DNA of 64,000 nucleotides from Syntrophales bacterium (GTDB taxonomy: Bacteria; Desulfobacterota; Syntrophia; Syntrophales; PHBD01): positions 3,808,001 to 3,872,000 of the forward strand of contig OY764159.1 in NCBI GenBank assembly GCA_963668175.1, read 5' to 3'. The first letter of the stretch is position 1. The number at the start of each line of letters is the position of its first letter. Made by a program: the position numbers and the translations under genes. Shown one piece after another: positions 9,696-19,312 of this stretch. Under the pieces are notes generated by a model that had not been told where the DNA came from, searched no databases, and saw only the letters and a program-made list of their open reading frames with translations.

Positions 9696-10572
9696 GCTCC
9701 AGTCTGAAGCCGGGAAGGCCTTTCAGTAATGTTTTCGTCTCTTCGACCGATTGCGGCTTGGCCTCGTTCATCTTCTTGAGAAGTTCGTAGTCGCCGACAA
9801 TTTTGCCGAAATCGATCTCCATGAGGGTGAGCGTCGTACCGTCCCGGTAGGTTGCGTTCGTCCGGGTAATAGTCCCGACAATAGACAGCGAGATACTCAG
9901 CTTCATGTCCTGGAACATCGCTTTCAACATGTCGAGGCTTTCTTTCTCCGGCGGCTTGCCGGTACTATCCCCAATACCCTTCGTTTTCTCATCAGCAGAT
10001 GATTTCTCGCCGCCTATACCCTTCAATTCCGGAGAAAGAACAGTGAGCCGGGAGGGCGAACCCTTTTCAAATTGGAAGGATAGGGTTTCCTCCTTTTTTA
10101 CACCACCGTTATTTTTACTTTTATCGCCTTCGACCTTGTCCCCGGGATTCTGATTGACCCGGATCATGTTGATGTCCTTGAACGAATACAAGGCCGTGTA
10201 GCCCCCTGCCGTTTCCGTCTTGAACGGTTTGCTCTCGATGAATGTCACGGCGCCGCCGAATTGTCTCACCTGCTTGCCGGCGTCTTTGGCCATATCGCGT
10301 ATGATATCGTCGCGGGTCTTCTTGACCGGCTTCGGCGGACTTCCCTGGGCTCCATTCGATTCCTTGTTCGGAGTATGATCGTCCTTGTCACCGGGATTAT
10401 CCATCTGCGCCATGGAGACCATAAAGTCCAGCATCGTATTCGAATAGAGGACCGTTTCCCTGATGAATCCGCTGCCGTCGGGATGGACTTGAATAACGGT
10501 GTCGTTCTGAATGCAGCCGGAAAGCAAACCGGCGAGCAGAGCGGCCAGGACCTTCATTTTGATATGCTTCAT
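9664..10572 (-). CDS. Hypothetical lipoprotein
   Basis: GGAGG RBS before ATG 10572; lipobox LLSG-C after a hydrophobic stretch. Confidence 0.8.
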   Translation of the reverse strand: MKHIKMKVLAALLAGLLSGCIQNDTVIQVHPDGSGFIRETVLYSNTMLDFMVSMAQMDNPGDKDDHTPNKESNGAQGSPPKPVKKTRDDIIRDMAKDAGKQVRQFGGAVTFIESKPFKTETAGGYTALYSFKDINMIRVNQNPGDKVEGDKSKNNGGVKKEETLSFQFEKGSPSRLTVLSPELKGIGGEKSSADEKTKGIGDSTGKPPEKESLDMLKAMFQDMKLSISLSIVGTITRTNATYRDGTTLTLMEIDFGKIVGDYELLKKMNEAKPQSVEETKTLLKGLPGFRLELNYPVVVEFQ

Positions 10573-10968
10573 GCGTCTATCCTCCGGATCGTGCAACTTC
10601 ACTTGTTAACGGTTATTCTCATACTTAAAAGCATTTCAGAACCCCCACTCTTCTTGCCGATACGGATACGATGAGCCGACGGATTCACTCTGCTGATCAC
10701 AAAGCGGAAAGTCAAGGAATTCTTCCCAATACACCTTCTTTACAGATCATTACCGCCGATAAATCCCAAGATAATCGATCCGTCGGAATAATCCTCACTA
10801 ACAGCCGCATCGACGCCTGCCGCGCTGCACAGCGGTATGATCGCCGGGAAATAAAACCGTAGCCCACATCCCGACGCGGCGACCGGTCTTGGCGGATCAT
10901 CGTATATTCCTTCTCTGACCGGAGGCATTCTTATTGATAATCGGAAAGGGCTCTGTTATTTTAAGAGA

Positions 10969-11892
10969 ATGTCATCTGCTTTTCGCTTTAAAGATCTTGT
11001 ACTCGTTTTCGTTATTCTGGCCTCCATGACCGTCGGAATCGCATTCCCCCGTTTCGGAGAGTTGTTTCAGGATTTTCCGATTTACTGCATGATGTGCGTC
11101 TTCTTTCTCAGTTACCTGTCCATCGAGCTGAACACGGTCTGGCGGATGCTGAAGGCGCATACGGGCAGGATCCTGGGTTTCACCTTCCTCAAAAGCATCC
11201 TGATGCCGATTCTGATATACTATGCCTTTCTCGCGATTGCGCCCGATTACGCCCTTTCCGCCTTGCTTCTCACGGGTGTATCCACGGGGGTCGCCGCACC
11301 GTTTGTATCCAATATGGTGAAAGGCAACAGTTCGTTCGTCCTGGTTATCGTCGTGACGACATCCTTCCTGGCGCCTATCACCTTGCCTTTTCTCATCGAC
11401 ATCATAACCGTCAAAAAGTTGGAAATTTCCCTGCTAGGCATGATGCGGATGCTGGCGATGGTCATCTTCGTTCCGACCCTGGCCGTCGAGGTCTTGAGGC
11501 GTTTCTCCCCGGGCCTGCTGCAGTACGCCCGACGTCGGCACTTTTCTCTTTCGCTCGTCTTGTTCGCCGTTATGAATCTCGGCATCTTCTGGCGCTATTC
11601 GCCTCTTCTTCGGAATGATCCCGGGATGATCGTTACGGCATCGTTGGTCGCCATGATCCTGTCCGCCGTATACGGCATCTTCGGCATTCTTTTCTTCAGC
11701 AACCAAAGCCTGGAGAATCAAATGGCCGGAGCCGTCATGATGTCCAATATCAACAATGTCCTCATCGTCGTCTTATCCGCCAACTTTTTCGGGCCGCTGG
11801 AGTCGATTGTCGCCACCATGTATATGATCCCTTTTTTCGGTATCGTGATCCCCCTTCGCTATTACTATAACCGAAAAGCGACCGTCGCCTGA
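10969..11892 (+). CDS. Bile acid:sodium symporter (BASS) family membrane protein
   Basis: About 10 TM helices; GVSTGVAAPFVSNMVKGN and TSFLAPITLP motifs. Confidence 0.8.
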   Translation: MSSAFRFKDLVLVFVILASMTVGIAFPRFGELFQDFPIYCMMCVFFLSYLSIELNTVWRMLKAHTGRILGFTFLKSILMPILIYYAFLAIAPDYALSALLLTGVSTGVAAPFVSNMVKGNSSFVLVIVVTTSFLAPITLPFLIDIITVKKLEISLLGMMRMLAMVIFVPTLAVEVLRRFSPGLLQYARRRHFSLSLVLFAVMNLGIFWRYSPLLRNDPGMIVTASLVAMILSAVYGIFGILFFSNQSLENQMAGAVMMSNINNVLIVVLSANFFGPLESIVATMYMIPFFGIVIPLRYYYNRKATVA

Positions 11893-12191
11893 CGGCCGGT
11901 TCCATATCGGGATTACCTATTCTCCCTTTCGGGCGGTCGCCGCCTGCGGTCCTGAAATGCCTGCCTCATTTTCCGCGAATTCCGGCCAACCACTCGATTA
12001 TCCGGTGTCGGCACGCCCATGCACTGAGGCGACCGGATCAATCAGTCCTTGTTTCTTGTATTTTCATGATTACATTATAACTAAGGAGAAGACGCGTCAT
12101 GGTTGGGATGAGAAGCCATTTACACCGGCGAGCAGGATGACCCAATACTGTGGAGCCGGTCGCTTGCGCGGGCAACCGAAAGGAGTGGCCT

Positions 12192-12368
12192 ATGAAAAAG
12201 GATATTCTGAAAAAGATCGTTCGCGATCCTTCGTATGGTGTGCCGATCCGAAGCCGTAACGAGGAGGAAATGGTCGAGACAGCCGTAATGCAAGCTGAAC
12301 AATTCCATAGAACGGACCTGGCAATCAAGGATATCAGGGCCTTGGTTGAAGATGCCAAGAATGGATAA
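12192..12368 (+). CDS. Small hypothetical protein, 58 aa (MKKDILKKIVRDPSYGVP...)
   Basis: AAGGAG RBS before ATG 12192; a shared terminator follows. Confidence 0.6.
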   Translation: MKKDILKKIVRDPSYGVPIRSRNEEEMVETAVMQAEQFHRTDLAIKDIRALVEDAKNG

Positions 12369-12472
12369 CGGGAAAGGCTACCGAGCGAGCGTGCTTTCGA
12401 GATAGCATGACTTCAGGGGGGATCGACCGCCGCGCATTAAACAGCAATGCAGAGGTTGGAGAAGAAGCGGAT

Positions 12473-12511
12473 AAAAAAAACCCCGGGGGCTGACGCTCCC
12501 AGGGTTTTCTT
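12473..12511. terminator. Bidirectional terminator between convergent genes
   Basis: A8-CCCCGGGGGC-tgac-GCTCCCAGGG-TTTT. Confidence 0.7.
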
Positions 12512-12534
12512 ATTGAATGAATGGTTTATAAAGC

Positions 12535-13869
12535 TTATTTGCTGCTCTTTCTCCAAATATTCATCTTCTGCGCGTCCTTGACCAATTCATCCCGCAGGTC
12601 GGGATGGGCAATACCGATCAGGGCTTCGGCTCTCTGCCAGGTGGATTTTCCTGCGAGGTCCGCGACACCGTATTCCGTTACGATCATATGGGCCTGGGTA
12701 CGGGGAACGGTCACGATCGATCCCTGGGGAAGCATCGGGGTAATGCGGGATTTCACATTGCCCTGTTTGTCCTTGTAGGAGGCGTTGCAGCAGATGAAGG
12801 ACATGCCGCCGTTGGACATATAGGCGCCGGTCGCATAGTCCAGCTGTCCGCCGGTGCCGCTGATGTGCCGCGGGCCGGAAGATTCGGACGAGATCTGCCC
12901 GAACAGGTCGACCTCGACACAAGCATTGATGGAAACCATATTGTCATGCTTCGCCATGATATGCGGCGCGTTGGTGTAGGATACCGGGTACGATGCCAGC
13001 GACGGGTTCAAGTCCATCCAGTCATAGAGGAACTGGCTGCCGGCGGCAAAGGCGTAAGCGCTCTTGCCTTTATCCAAACCCTTCTTCTTGTTGGTCAGCT
13101 TGCCCGCTTCATGCATATGGTAATAGGCGTCAACCAGCATCTCCGTATGGCAACCCAGGTCCTTGATATCCGATTCTGCGAGCATCGTGCCGACGATATT
13201 GGGCAGACCGCCGATGCCCAATTGGATGCAGGCGCCGTCCGGAATCATGGGAACGACGTGCCCGGCGATTTTCTTGTCGATTTCCGTCGGCGCAGCCGGG
13301 GGAATGACCTCGACCTTGGACTCGTGCTCGACGATATAGTCAACCTCGGAAACATGGACGACTTCATCACATCCGCCCATCGCCCAAGGAAGGAGGGGAT
13401 TCACTTCCAGGATAATTTTCTTGGAAATATCGAGGGCGGCGCGCACCGAGGCATTTCCCATATGGAAACTGAAGAATCCGTCCTTGTTCATCTTGGTCAC
13501 CCGGATCATCGACACATCCACGCTCTTGATACTTTTCTTGTAAAAGAGCGGCTGATTACGGAAGATCATCGGATGATAGTAGGCCCTGCCGCGGTCATGC
13601 AGCTTGCGGACGTATCCACTGAAATGCCAGTCTTGCAGGGTGAATACGTCGCCTTCGGGATCGGCCTCGATACAGGCCTGGGGGGTCAAGGTCAACGTGT
13701 GCCTGATGTTGATGTTCTTGAGCTCATCTTTGCGGGCTGCGAGGGCCTTGTCAAGTGCGACCGGCTTGGTGTGGCCGAATCCGTACTCAATCCAATCTCC
13801 ACTCTTCACCACTTTCACTGCTTCTTCGGGGCTAACAAGTTTCCTGCGATACTCTTCTGCGTGTGACAT
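12535..13869 (-). CDS. Acetyl-CoA hydrolase/transferase family CoA-transferase (butyryl-CoA:acetate or 4-hydroxybutyrate CoA-transferase-like)
   Basis: EEAVKVVKSGDW, QLGIGGLPN, HTEM (catalytic Glu), ISGTGGQLDY, STWQRAEALIGIAHPD. Confidence 0.92.
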   Translation of the reverse strand: MSHAEEYRRKLVSPEEAVKVVKSGDWIEYGFGHTKPVALDKALAARKDELKNINIRHTLTLTPQACIEADPEGDVFTLQDWHFSGYVRKLHDRGRAYYHPMIFRNQPLFYKKSIKSVDVSMIRVTKMNKDGFFSFHMGNASVRAALDISKKIILEVNPLLPWAMGGCDEVVHVSEVDYIVEHESKVEVIPPAAPTEIDKKIAGHVVPMIPDGACIQLGIGGLPNIVGTMLAESDIKDLGCHTEMLVDAYYHMHEAGKLTNKKKGLDKGKSAYAFAAGSQFLYDWMDLNPSLASYPVSYTNAPHIMAKHDNMVSINACVEVDLFGQISSESSGPRHISGTGGQLDYATGAYMSNGGMSFICCNASYKDKQGNVKSRITPMLPQGSIVTVPRTQAHMIVTEYGVADLAGKSTWQRAEALIGIAHPDLRDELVKDAQKMNIWRKSSK

Positions 13870-14321
13870 CGAACTACCTCCTATTTTTTTTTATGCCTCT
13901 GGTATAGGTGGCGCGTCTGTCCAAAAACGACTTCGATTTGTATAAGAATATGTCTGCCGAAAACGTTTTACATGTTTAACCCTGCCTCACCACACCACCT
14001 AAACAAAATGCAGTGACAGCTATCATATCTGCCATCAAAAAGCAATCGTGAATTGTCAGCCTGTAATCGTCGTCTTTTTAGTTTATTTTACAAGCAATTG
14101 GCGACTTGTTCGACGGAAATATCACCGATTCTCGACGATGCACGGGACCGCCATGCGAGCTGCCCCGTCAACCGTTATGTAACGATTAACCAATCGACGA
14201 ACACACCACAGCAATTTATATGTAATTGATTTTTCTACCGATTGAATGGGACAAAGATACGGTCAAGGAATTGAACGTATTATATTGTTATGCGCTTGAG
14301 GTTTTACGGTCATCATGAATC

Positions 14322-14354
14322 GACAAAAAGAGGCTGCCCGATCAGGGCACGCCT
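14322..14354 (-). terminator. Terminator downstream of the small-peptide pair
   Basis: Minus strand AGGCGTGCCC-tgatc-GGGCAGCCT followed by CTTTTT. Confidence 0.6.
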
Positions 14355-14521
14355 ACGAGGCCCATCGCTCTTTTCCGCAGTCTTCCCAACGGCCAGATCT
14401 GAATAGACAGCGGGCTCGCCTCTTTTGTCAGGTTGTGCGATTCCTCCTCAAGATACTTTAAACCAGGAGCACTCGACTCGCGCGGCGCTCAATCCACTCC
14501 CTACCCCTGAGAGAAAGGTGT

Positions 14522-14632
14522 TTAGTGCATAACGTCGTTCACAAGAGTCGACTCGTAGCATTCCAGAGTTTCCTGCTTATCGGCATATTTATCTTTGCTT
14601 TTTCGATCTATAGGTTTGTCTTGCTTTTTCAT
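14522..14632 (-). CDS. Small peptide, 36 aa (MKKQDKPIDRKSKDKYADKQETLECYESTLVNDVMH)
   Basis: AAGGAG RBS about 8 nt upstream of ATG 14632. An in-frame GTG at 14704 with GGAGGAGG is an alternative start. Confidence 0.55.
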   Translation of the reverse strand: MKKQDKPIDRKSKDKYADKQETLECYESTLVNDVMH

Positions 14633-14826
14633 CGCTTTTCTCCTTTCGTTGTTTTTCGTCTTCACCTTAAAAGAAACGCTCCCGATCCATGATCCTGCGA
14701 TCACTTTCTCCTCCTCCATTCGTTCATGGACGGGGGCGCCCCCCCGCCTATAAACGAATGTTAGGAGATAGTCAGTGTCGTATTGCAGAATATACGATGA
14801 CTGACCAAGAGCTTCCGGAAATATTG

Positions 14827-14919
14827 TTACCTGAACATCGGGCCGCACATGGGATCGACCCACCGCTTCGCATCCAACTGTTTTTCTCTTTTGACTTCCT
14901 TCTTGATCGCCTTTCTCAT
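14827..14919 (-). CDS. Small peptide, 30 aa (MRKAIKKEVKREKQLDAKRWVDPMCGPMFR)
   Basis: Full-length AAGGAGGT RBS just upstream of ATG 14919; not in the ORF track. Confidence 0.6.
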   Translation of the reverse strand: MRKAIKKEVKREKQLDAKRWVDPMCGPMFR

Positions 14920-15374
14920 GACGCCACCTCCTTAGGGTTGAACATCGATGATATTTAAGGGGCCCGATTCACGCCTTTCCAGGCCCCGCCCTTCTTCCGT
15001 TGATGCTATGCTATCACACCGTCATTTAAAAAAAATCCGCAGCAGTCTGAAATCTCAATCAGACGTCCATCATTAAATCGCTCGGAATAGACGGCACCAG
15101 GCCATCGGACATTGTCTGATGCGATCCCGGAAAACGTTTAAGTATCCAGGCTATATTTCCGTCTTCCATCTACACCTGAGACATTAAATGTGGCAGGACG
15201 CCCCGCCGCAGATTCCGCAAAAAAAAGACTTGAGGTAAATCCTCTTCAATGCTTAAGTAAAATGAAGAGAGCTGACGACCGAGTTTCACGCCGAGTTCCA
15301 GGATATCCATCTTCTTACTCATCATTTCGAAGCAGTTGACTTTTGGTAATAAACTTTATCCTCAACCAATCGTT

Positions 15375-16670
15375 ATGACCGTCGACACAAAGCCGAACAA
15401 ATTGATGACCCGCGAACCCTTTCTGTCAATAACGCAGGCAGACAAGGGCTTCCTGCCGCTTTTGGAGGAACTGAGCAAAGCCGAGCAGGAAAAATCGGTC
15501 ATTCTGGACGCCATGACCGAACTCGTCCTGTACCTGGACAAAGACCTGAGGGTTATCTGGGCCAACAAGGCGATGCAAGCCGCTTTCAGCCTGGTTCCCG
15601 GACAATTGAACGGGAAATACTGTTTTGAAGTACTCCACAAGAGGAACAGGCCGTGCAGCAGTTGCCCGGCGGAAAAAACCCTGAAGACCGGCGAACCCCG
15701 CGAGGTCGTCAATCTTACTTCTTATAAGAAAAACTGGGTCTTGCGCAGTTACCCCGTTCGGGACGAAAACGGGGAGCTTTCGGGCGTCGTGGAAATCGTC
15801 ACGGACATCACCGAAAGAAGGCGCGCCGAAGAGGCTTTGAGAAAGTCGGAGCGCAAGTACCGGGAACTTTTCGAAAACGCGAACGACATCATTTTTATAC
15901 TGGATTTCACCGGCAAGATCCTGTCCAGCAATACGGCCTTTTCCAAGACATTCGGTTACGAACCGGAACAGATCAGAGGGCAAAGCATCGAACATATCCT
16001 TCATCCGGACGATGTTCTCCTGGTCCGTCAATTCCTGCAGAAGAAAGCGAGCGAGATCTACGTTCAGAACCCCCTTGAATTCCGGACGATGACCAGTTTC
16101 GGAGAAACGATCTGGCTGGAAGTCAACGCCAGGATCGTCAAGGAAGACGGCAGACAAGTCTCCATTCACGGCATTGCCCGCAATATCACGGAAAGGAAGA
16201 GAATGGAGGAAGCCCTGAAGAGGAGGGAACGGGAACTGGAAGAAAAGTCGAGGAACCTGAAAGACGCCAACACGGCACTTAAGGTCCTCCTGAAACGCCG
16301 TGAAGAAGACAAGACCGAACTCGAAGAGAAGGTCTTGTGCAACATGAGGGAACTGATCCTGCCTTACATCGAGAATCTTAAGCTTGCCACCGTCGACAGC
16401 CTGCAGCGAAATCAACTGAAAATCATCGAACGGAACATCAACGAGATCATCTCCCCTTTCCTGCGCAGCCTCTTCTCGAAATATCCCAACCTTACACCCA
16501 CGGAGATCAAGATCATCAATTTTATCAAAGAAGGACGAACAACCAAGGAAATGGCCGATTTTCTCAATGTATCGGCACGGACCGTCGAGGTTCACAGGGA
16601 CAACATCCGAAAAAAACTGGGGTTGAAAAACAGGAAGGCCAATCTCCGGTCCTATCTTATGTCCATCTGA
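15375..16670 (+). CDS. PAS-PAS-LuxR (HTH) transcriptional regulator
   Basis: Two PAS/PAC domains (DITERR, NITERK), a coiled coil and C-terminal LTPTEIKI..GRTTKEMA..SARTVEVHRDNIRKKLGL. Start codon uncertain. Confidence 0.92.
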   Translation: MTVDTKPNKLMTREPFLSITQADKGFLPLLEELSKAEQEKSVILDAMTELVLYLDKDLRVIWANKAMQAAFSLVPGQLNGKYCFEVLHKRNRPCSSCPAEKTLKTGEPREVVNLTSYKKNWVLRSYPVRDENGELSGVVEIVTDITERRRAEEALRKSERKYRELFENANDIIFILDFTGKILSSNTAFSKTFGYEPEQIRGQSIEHILHPDDVLLVRQFLQKKASEIYVQNPLEFRTMTSFGETIWLEVNARIVKEDGRQVSIHGIARNITERKRMEEALKRRERELEEKSRNLKDANTALKVLLKRREEDKTELEEKVLCNMRELILPYIENLKLATVDSLQRNQLKIIERNINEIISPFLRSLFSKYPNLTPTEIKIINFIKEGRTTKEMADFLNVSARTVEVHRDNIRKKLGLKNRKANLRSYLMSI

Positions 16671-16686
16671 AGCCCGATCGCGGCTC

Positions 16687-16727
16687 TACATAGCATATTT
16701 ACGTAGATAATAAGTATTTTTTCCGTA
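16687..16727 (+). promoter_or_regulatory. Putative LuxR-type operator: TACGTA-like hexamer repeats
   Basis: TACGTA(16700)-N5-TAAGTA(16711)-N5-TCCGTA(16722), 11-bp phased, plus TACATA(16687); lies between the regulator and the downstream operon. Confidence 0.45.
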
Positions 16728-16838
16728 TTGCATCTTCATTCAATCGGTGTTTCTATCAACCCCAAAAGGATAATGCCGATTGTCGGATGCAGAGACAGCC
16801 AGCTCATTTTGACCGAATTCCATAAGGAGGTGTAACCT

Positions 16839-17381
16839 ATGACACGAGAAGAAAAGATTGAGGAAATACGCCAGCGCGCCCGGAAGAATTTTTCCCTGGG
16901 GTACAATTGTGCCGAATGCGTGACCGAAGCCGTTTTAAGTCTCGTTGACACGGGACTCCCGCCTGAAGTGAAGAAAGTGGCTACAGGGTTTGGCGGCGGC
17001 ATCGGGCTTTTCGGAGATACATGCGGAGCCTTGGCGGGGGCCGTTATGGCCGTAAGCGCCGTTCACGGAAGGGCATCTCTTCCCGAGGGAGCAGACCCCA
17101 AGGAAGTCGCCATGAAATCAAAACAGAACTTCTATGGCAAACCGGGCGTTTACAGGATTTTCAATCAGGTGCCCAACCGCTTCATGGCCAAGCACGGCAA
17201 GACCCTGTGCCGGGAATTGACGGTTTTATGGCAGGACTCCTGGCTTTGCAAGGAGCACGCCCTTTTCTGCCGGGAATTGATCACCGACGCCGCAGGCATC
17301 GCCGCGGACCTCATCCTTTCCGACAAGGCGGAACTGTCCATGAAACCGTTCGGAAAAAACGTGGAAAACCTGAAAGACTGA
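16839..17381 (+). CDS. C_GCAxxG_C_C family putative redox-active protein
   Basis: YNCAECV, ATGFGGGIG, TCGALAGA, LCRELT, FCRELI; AAGGAGG RBS. Confidence 0.9.
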   Translation: MTREEKIEEIRQRARKNFSLGYNCAECVTEAVLSLVDTGLPPEVKKVATGFGGGIGLFGDTCGALAGAVMAVSAVHGRASLPEGADPKEVAMKSKQNFYGKPGVYRIFNQVPNRFMAKHGKTLCRELTVLWQDSWLCKEHALFCRELITDAAGIAADLILSDKAELSMKPFGKNVENLKD

Positions 17382-17584
17382 AGTCTGTCCGGTGAATACC
17401 TGAGGCGTAACGAGATAAAATATAGCGAGTTACATCCTTCGGAAGCATACCGGAGGCCTGAGCGCAGAGGTGTTGAATCGTTGCGCATGCAAGGATCCTT
17501 CCGGGACGTCGCGGAGTTTTCGAAGACGACACCCGGAAGACATCCGGCAGCGACGAGAAAAAACAGAAGGAGAATGCAGGAGAC

Positions 17585-18919
17585 ATGGGACGTAAACTGG
17601 TAGTAATCGGCGGCGGTGCGGCAGGCCCCTCTACGGCCGCGGAAGCGAAGAGAAGAGACAAGTCGCTTGACGTTACGATGATTGAAGGAGGCAACTTCGT
17701 CTCTTACGCGGCCTGACCGATGCCTTATTACATCGGTGATGTAATCAAAGATTACAAGCGGCTGGTGATCCGGACACCCGAAGATTTCGAAAAAACGGGC
17801 GTCCATGTGAAAATCAATACCCGCGCGGAAGACATCGACGCCCAAAAGGGCCTGGTCCGCTTATCCGACCAATCGAGCCTGCCTTACGACATTCTGGTCA
17901 TGGCCACCGGAGCCGCAGCGCAACGCTTGAACATTCCGGGCGCCGACATGGAAGGTGTTTTCGTTCTCAGAGATCTCGGCGATGCCCTTAAGATTAAAGC
18001 CTACTTGAACGAGAAGACCTGCCGTAAAGCCGTTCTTATCGGCGCCGGCTACGTCGGGATGGAAATGTGCGAGGCATTGCGGAATCTCGGTATCGAGACG
18101 ACCGTTCTCGATATCCTTCCCCGTCCTGTTGTTCGCTGGGATGCGGAATTTTCAAAACTGGTCCTCGAAGAACTGGGAAAGAACAACGTCCCTTTCCTGG
18201 CGGAGACGAAACCCCTTGCCATCGAACCGGGGAAAGAGAGCCGCCTTATCCTGAGAACCGACAAGGGGGACATGGATGCGGACCTTATCTTAATGGGCGT
18301 CGGCACCCGTCGGGATATGACACTGGCAAAAGCCGTGGGCATCGAGGCGGGCGCCAGCGGCGCCATCAAAGTGGATTCCCGGCAGCGGACATCTATTCCC
18401 GATATCTACGCCGTCGGCGACTGCTGCGAGGTCTTTCACAAAGTAGCCAACCGCTGGGTCTATTTCCCTCTGGGCGACATCGCCAACAAGCAGGGTCGCG
18501 TAGCCGGCCAGAACATCGGCGGAAATCCCGCCGAATTCCCCGGTATCGTTGGCGCCCAGTCTTTCAAGGCGTTCAACCTTGAAGTCGGGGCCACGGGACT
18601 TACGGAAGACGAAGCGACATTGTATGGATTCCAGCCTGTAAGTTCCCTCATCTGGGGGCTCCCCATCGGGCGGCCGATGGCAAAAGGCGAGAAACTGGGG
18701 ATAAAACTCATAGCAGACAAGACCACGGGAAAGCTTATCGGTGGTCAATGCATCGGTGAAAAAGGGGCCATTCAGCGCGTTTTCGCCTTGTCCGTAGCAC
18801 TATGGTCGGGTTTGCACATCGATGAAGTCGGCTACCTGGACTTTCCTTATGCACCGCCTTTCGGCGGCGCCTGGGATGCCATTCACATCGCCGCCCAGGA
18901 TCTGGCGAGAAAGATATAA
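17585..18919 (+). CDS. Selenocysteine-containing CoA-disulfide reductase / NADH oxidase family flavoprotein (444 aa, Sec44)
   Basis: ATG 17585 (AGGAG RBS) gives MGRKLVVIGGGAAG...SYAA-TGA(17714)-PMPYYIG, in frame with the 17720 ORF. The TGA sits at the SYxxC(G)LPY redox Cys. Also GAGYVGME, IYAVGDC and YAPPF motifs. Confidence 0.9.
17727..17745 (+). promoter_or_regulatory. Bacterial SECIS-like hairpin
   Basis: ATTACATC-ggt-GATGTAAT, a perfect 8-bp stem with a G-containing loop, starting at +11 after the UGA. Confidence 0.8.
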
Positions 18920-18980
18920 CAAGCATAGGCCTCACGGGGGACAGGTCGCAGGTTACACAAGAACATTCAGGAGGTCGGCA

Positions 18981-19301
18981 ATGGCGGCAAGTGCGTCGGG
19001 AGTAGAGATGATCGCAATAAGTATGGACGGTAAGGTACACCGTGTCTATCAGGGTTTGTCCGGTACCTTTGCCGGTCTGTCTTATTGCTGCGTCGATAAA
19101 AGGATGCTGCCCGGTTTTTTCGAGAAAGACCTGGTTGCGGAAGCCGCGTTAAAAGACCGGAAGCTTTCCCTTTCGCTTTCGGGACATCTCTCCAGATCGG
19201 AATTGCTGGAGATATTGGAAACAGCTTTACTGAACATGGTGGCCTTCCCCCTCCCGGGGAGCAAGGCCGATTTCTTCATAGAGGCTAAATCCAACAAATA
19301 A
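18981..19301 (+). CDS. Hypothetical protein, 106 aa
   Basis: AGGAGGT RBS before ATG 18981; ends 12 nt before the next gene's ATG; contains a CC pair (LSYCCVD). Confidence 0.7.
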   Translation: MAASASGVEMIAISMDGKVHRVYQGLSGTFAGLSYCCVDKRMLPGFFEKDLVAEAALKDRKLSLSLSGHLSRSELLEILETALLNMVAFPLPGSKADFFIEAKSNK

Positions 19302-19312
19302 GGGAGGTCATT

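Noticed and set aside
12099..12368. RBS plus ATG 12099 (MVGMRSHLHRRAG) followed by an in-frame TGA at 12138 reading into the 58-aa ORF: a possible second selenoprotein
   Set aside because: No recognisable Cys-homologous motif around the TGA, only a weak downstream hairpin, and the downstream ORF has its own strong RBS at 12192.
14827..14919. VDPMCG resembles the mycofactocin precursor ending IDGMCGVY, and a creatininase-family (MftE-like) gene is in the window
   Set aside because: The peptide lacks the terminal Val-Tyr and the acidic leader, no MftB/MftC radical SAM genes are present, and the creatininase gene is 26 kb away in another operon.
17720..18919. Interpreting the flavoprotein as a nonsense pseudogene
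   Set aside because: The only stop falls exactly on the catalytic Cys column and is followed by a SECIS-like hairpin. The rest of the gene is intact.
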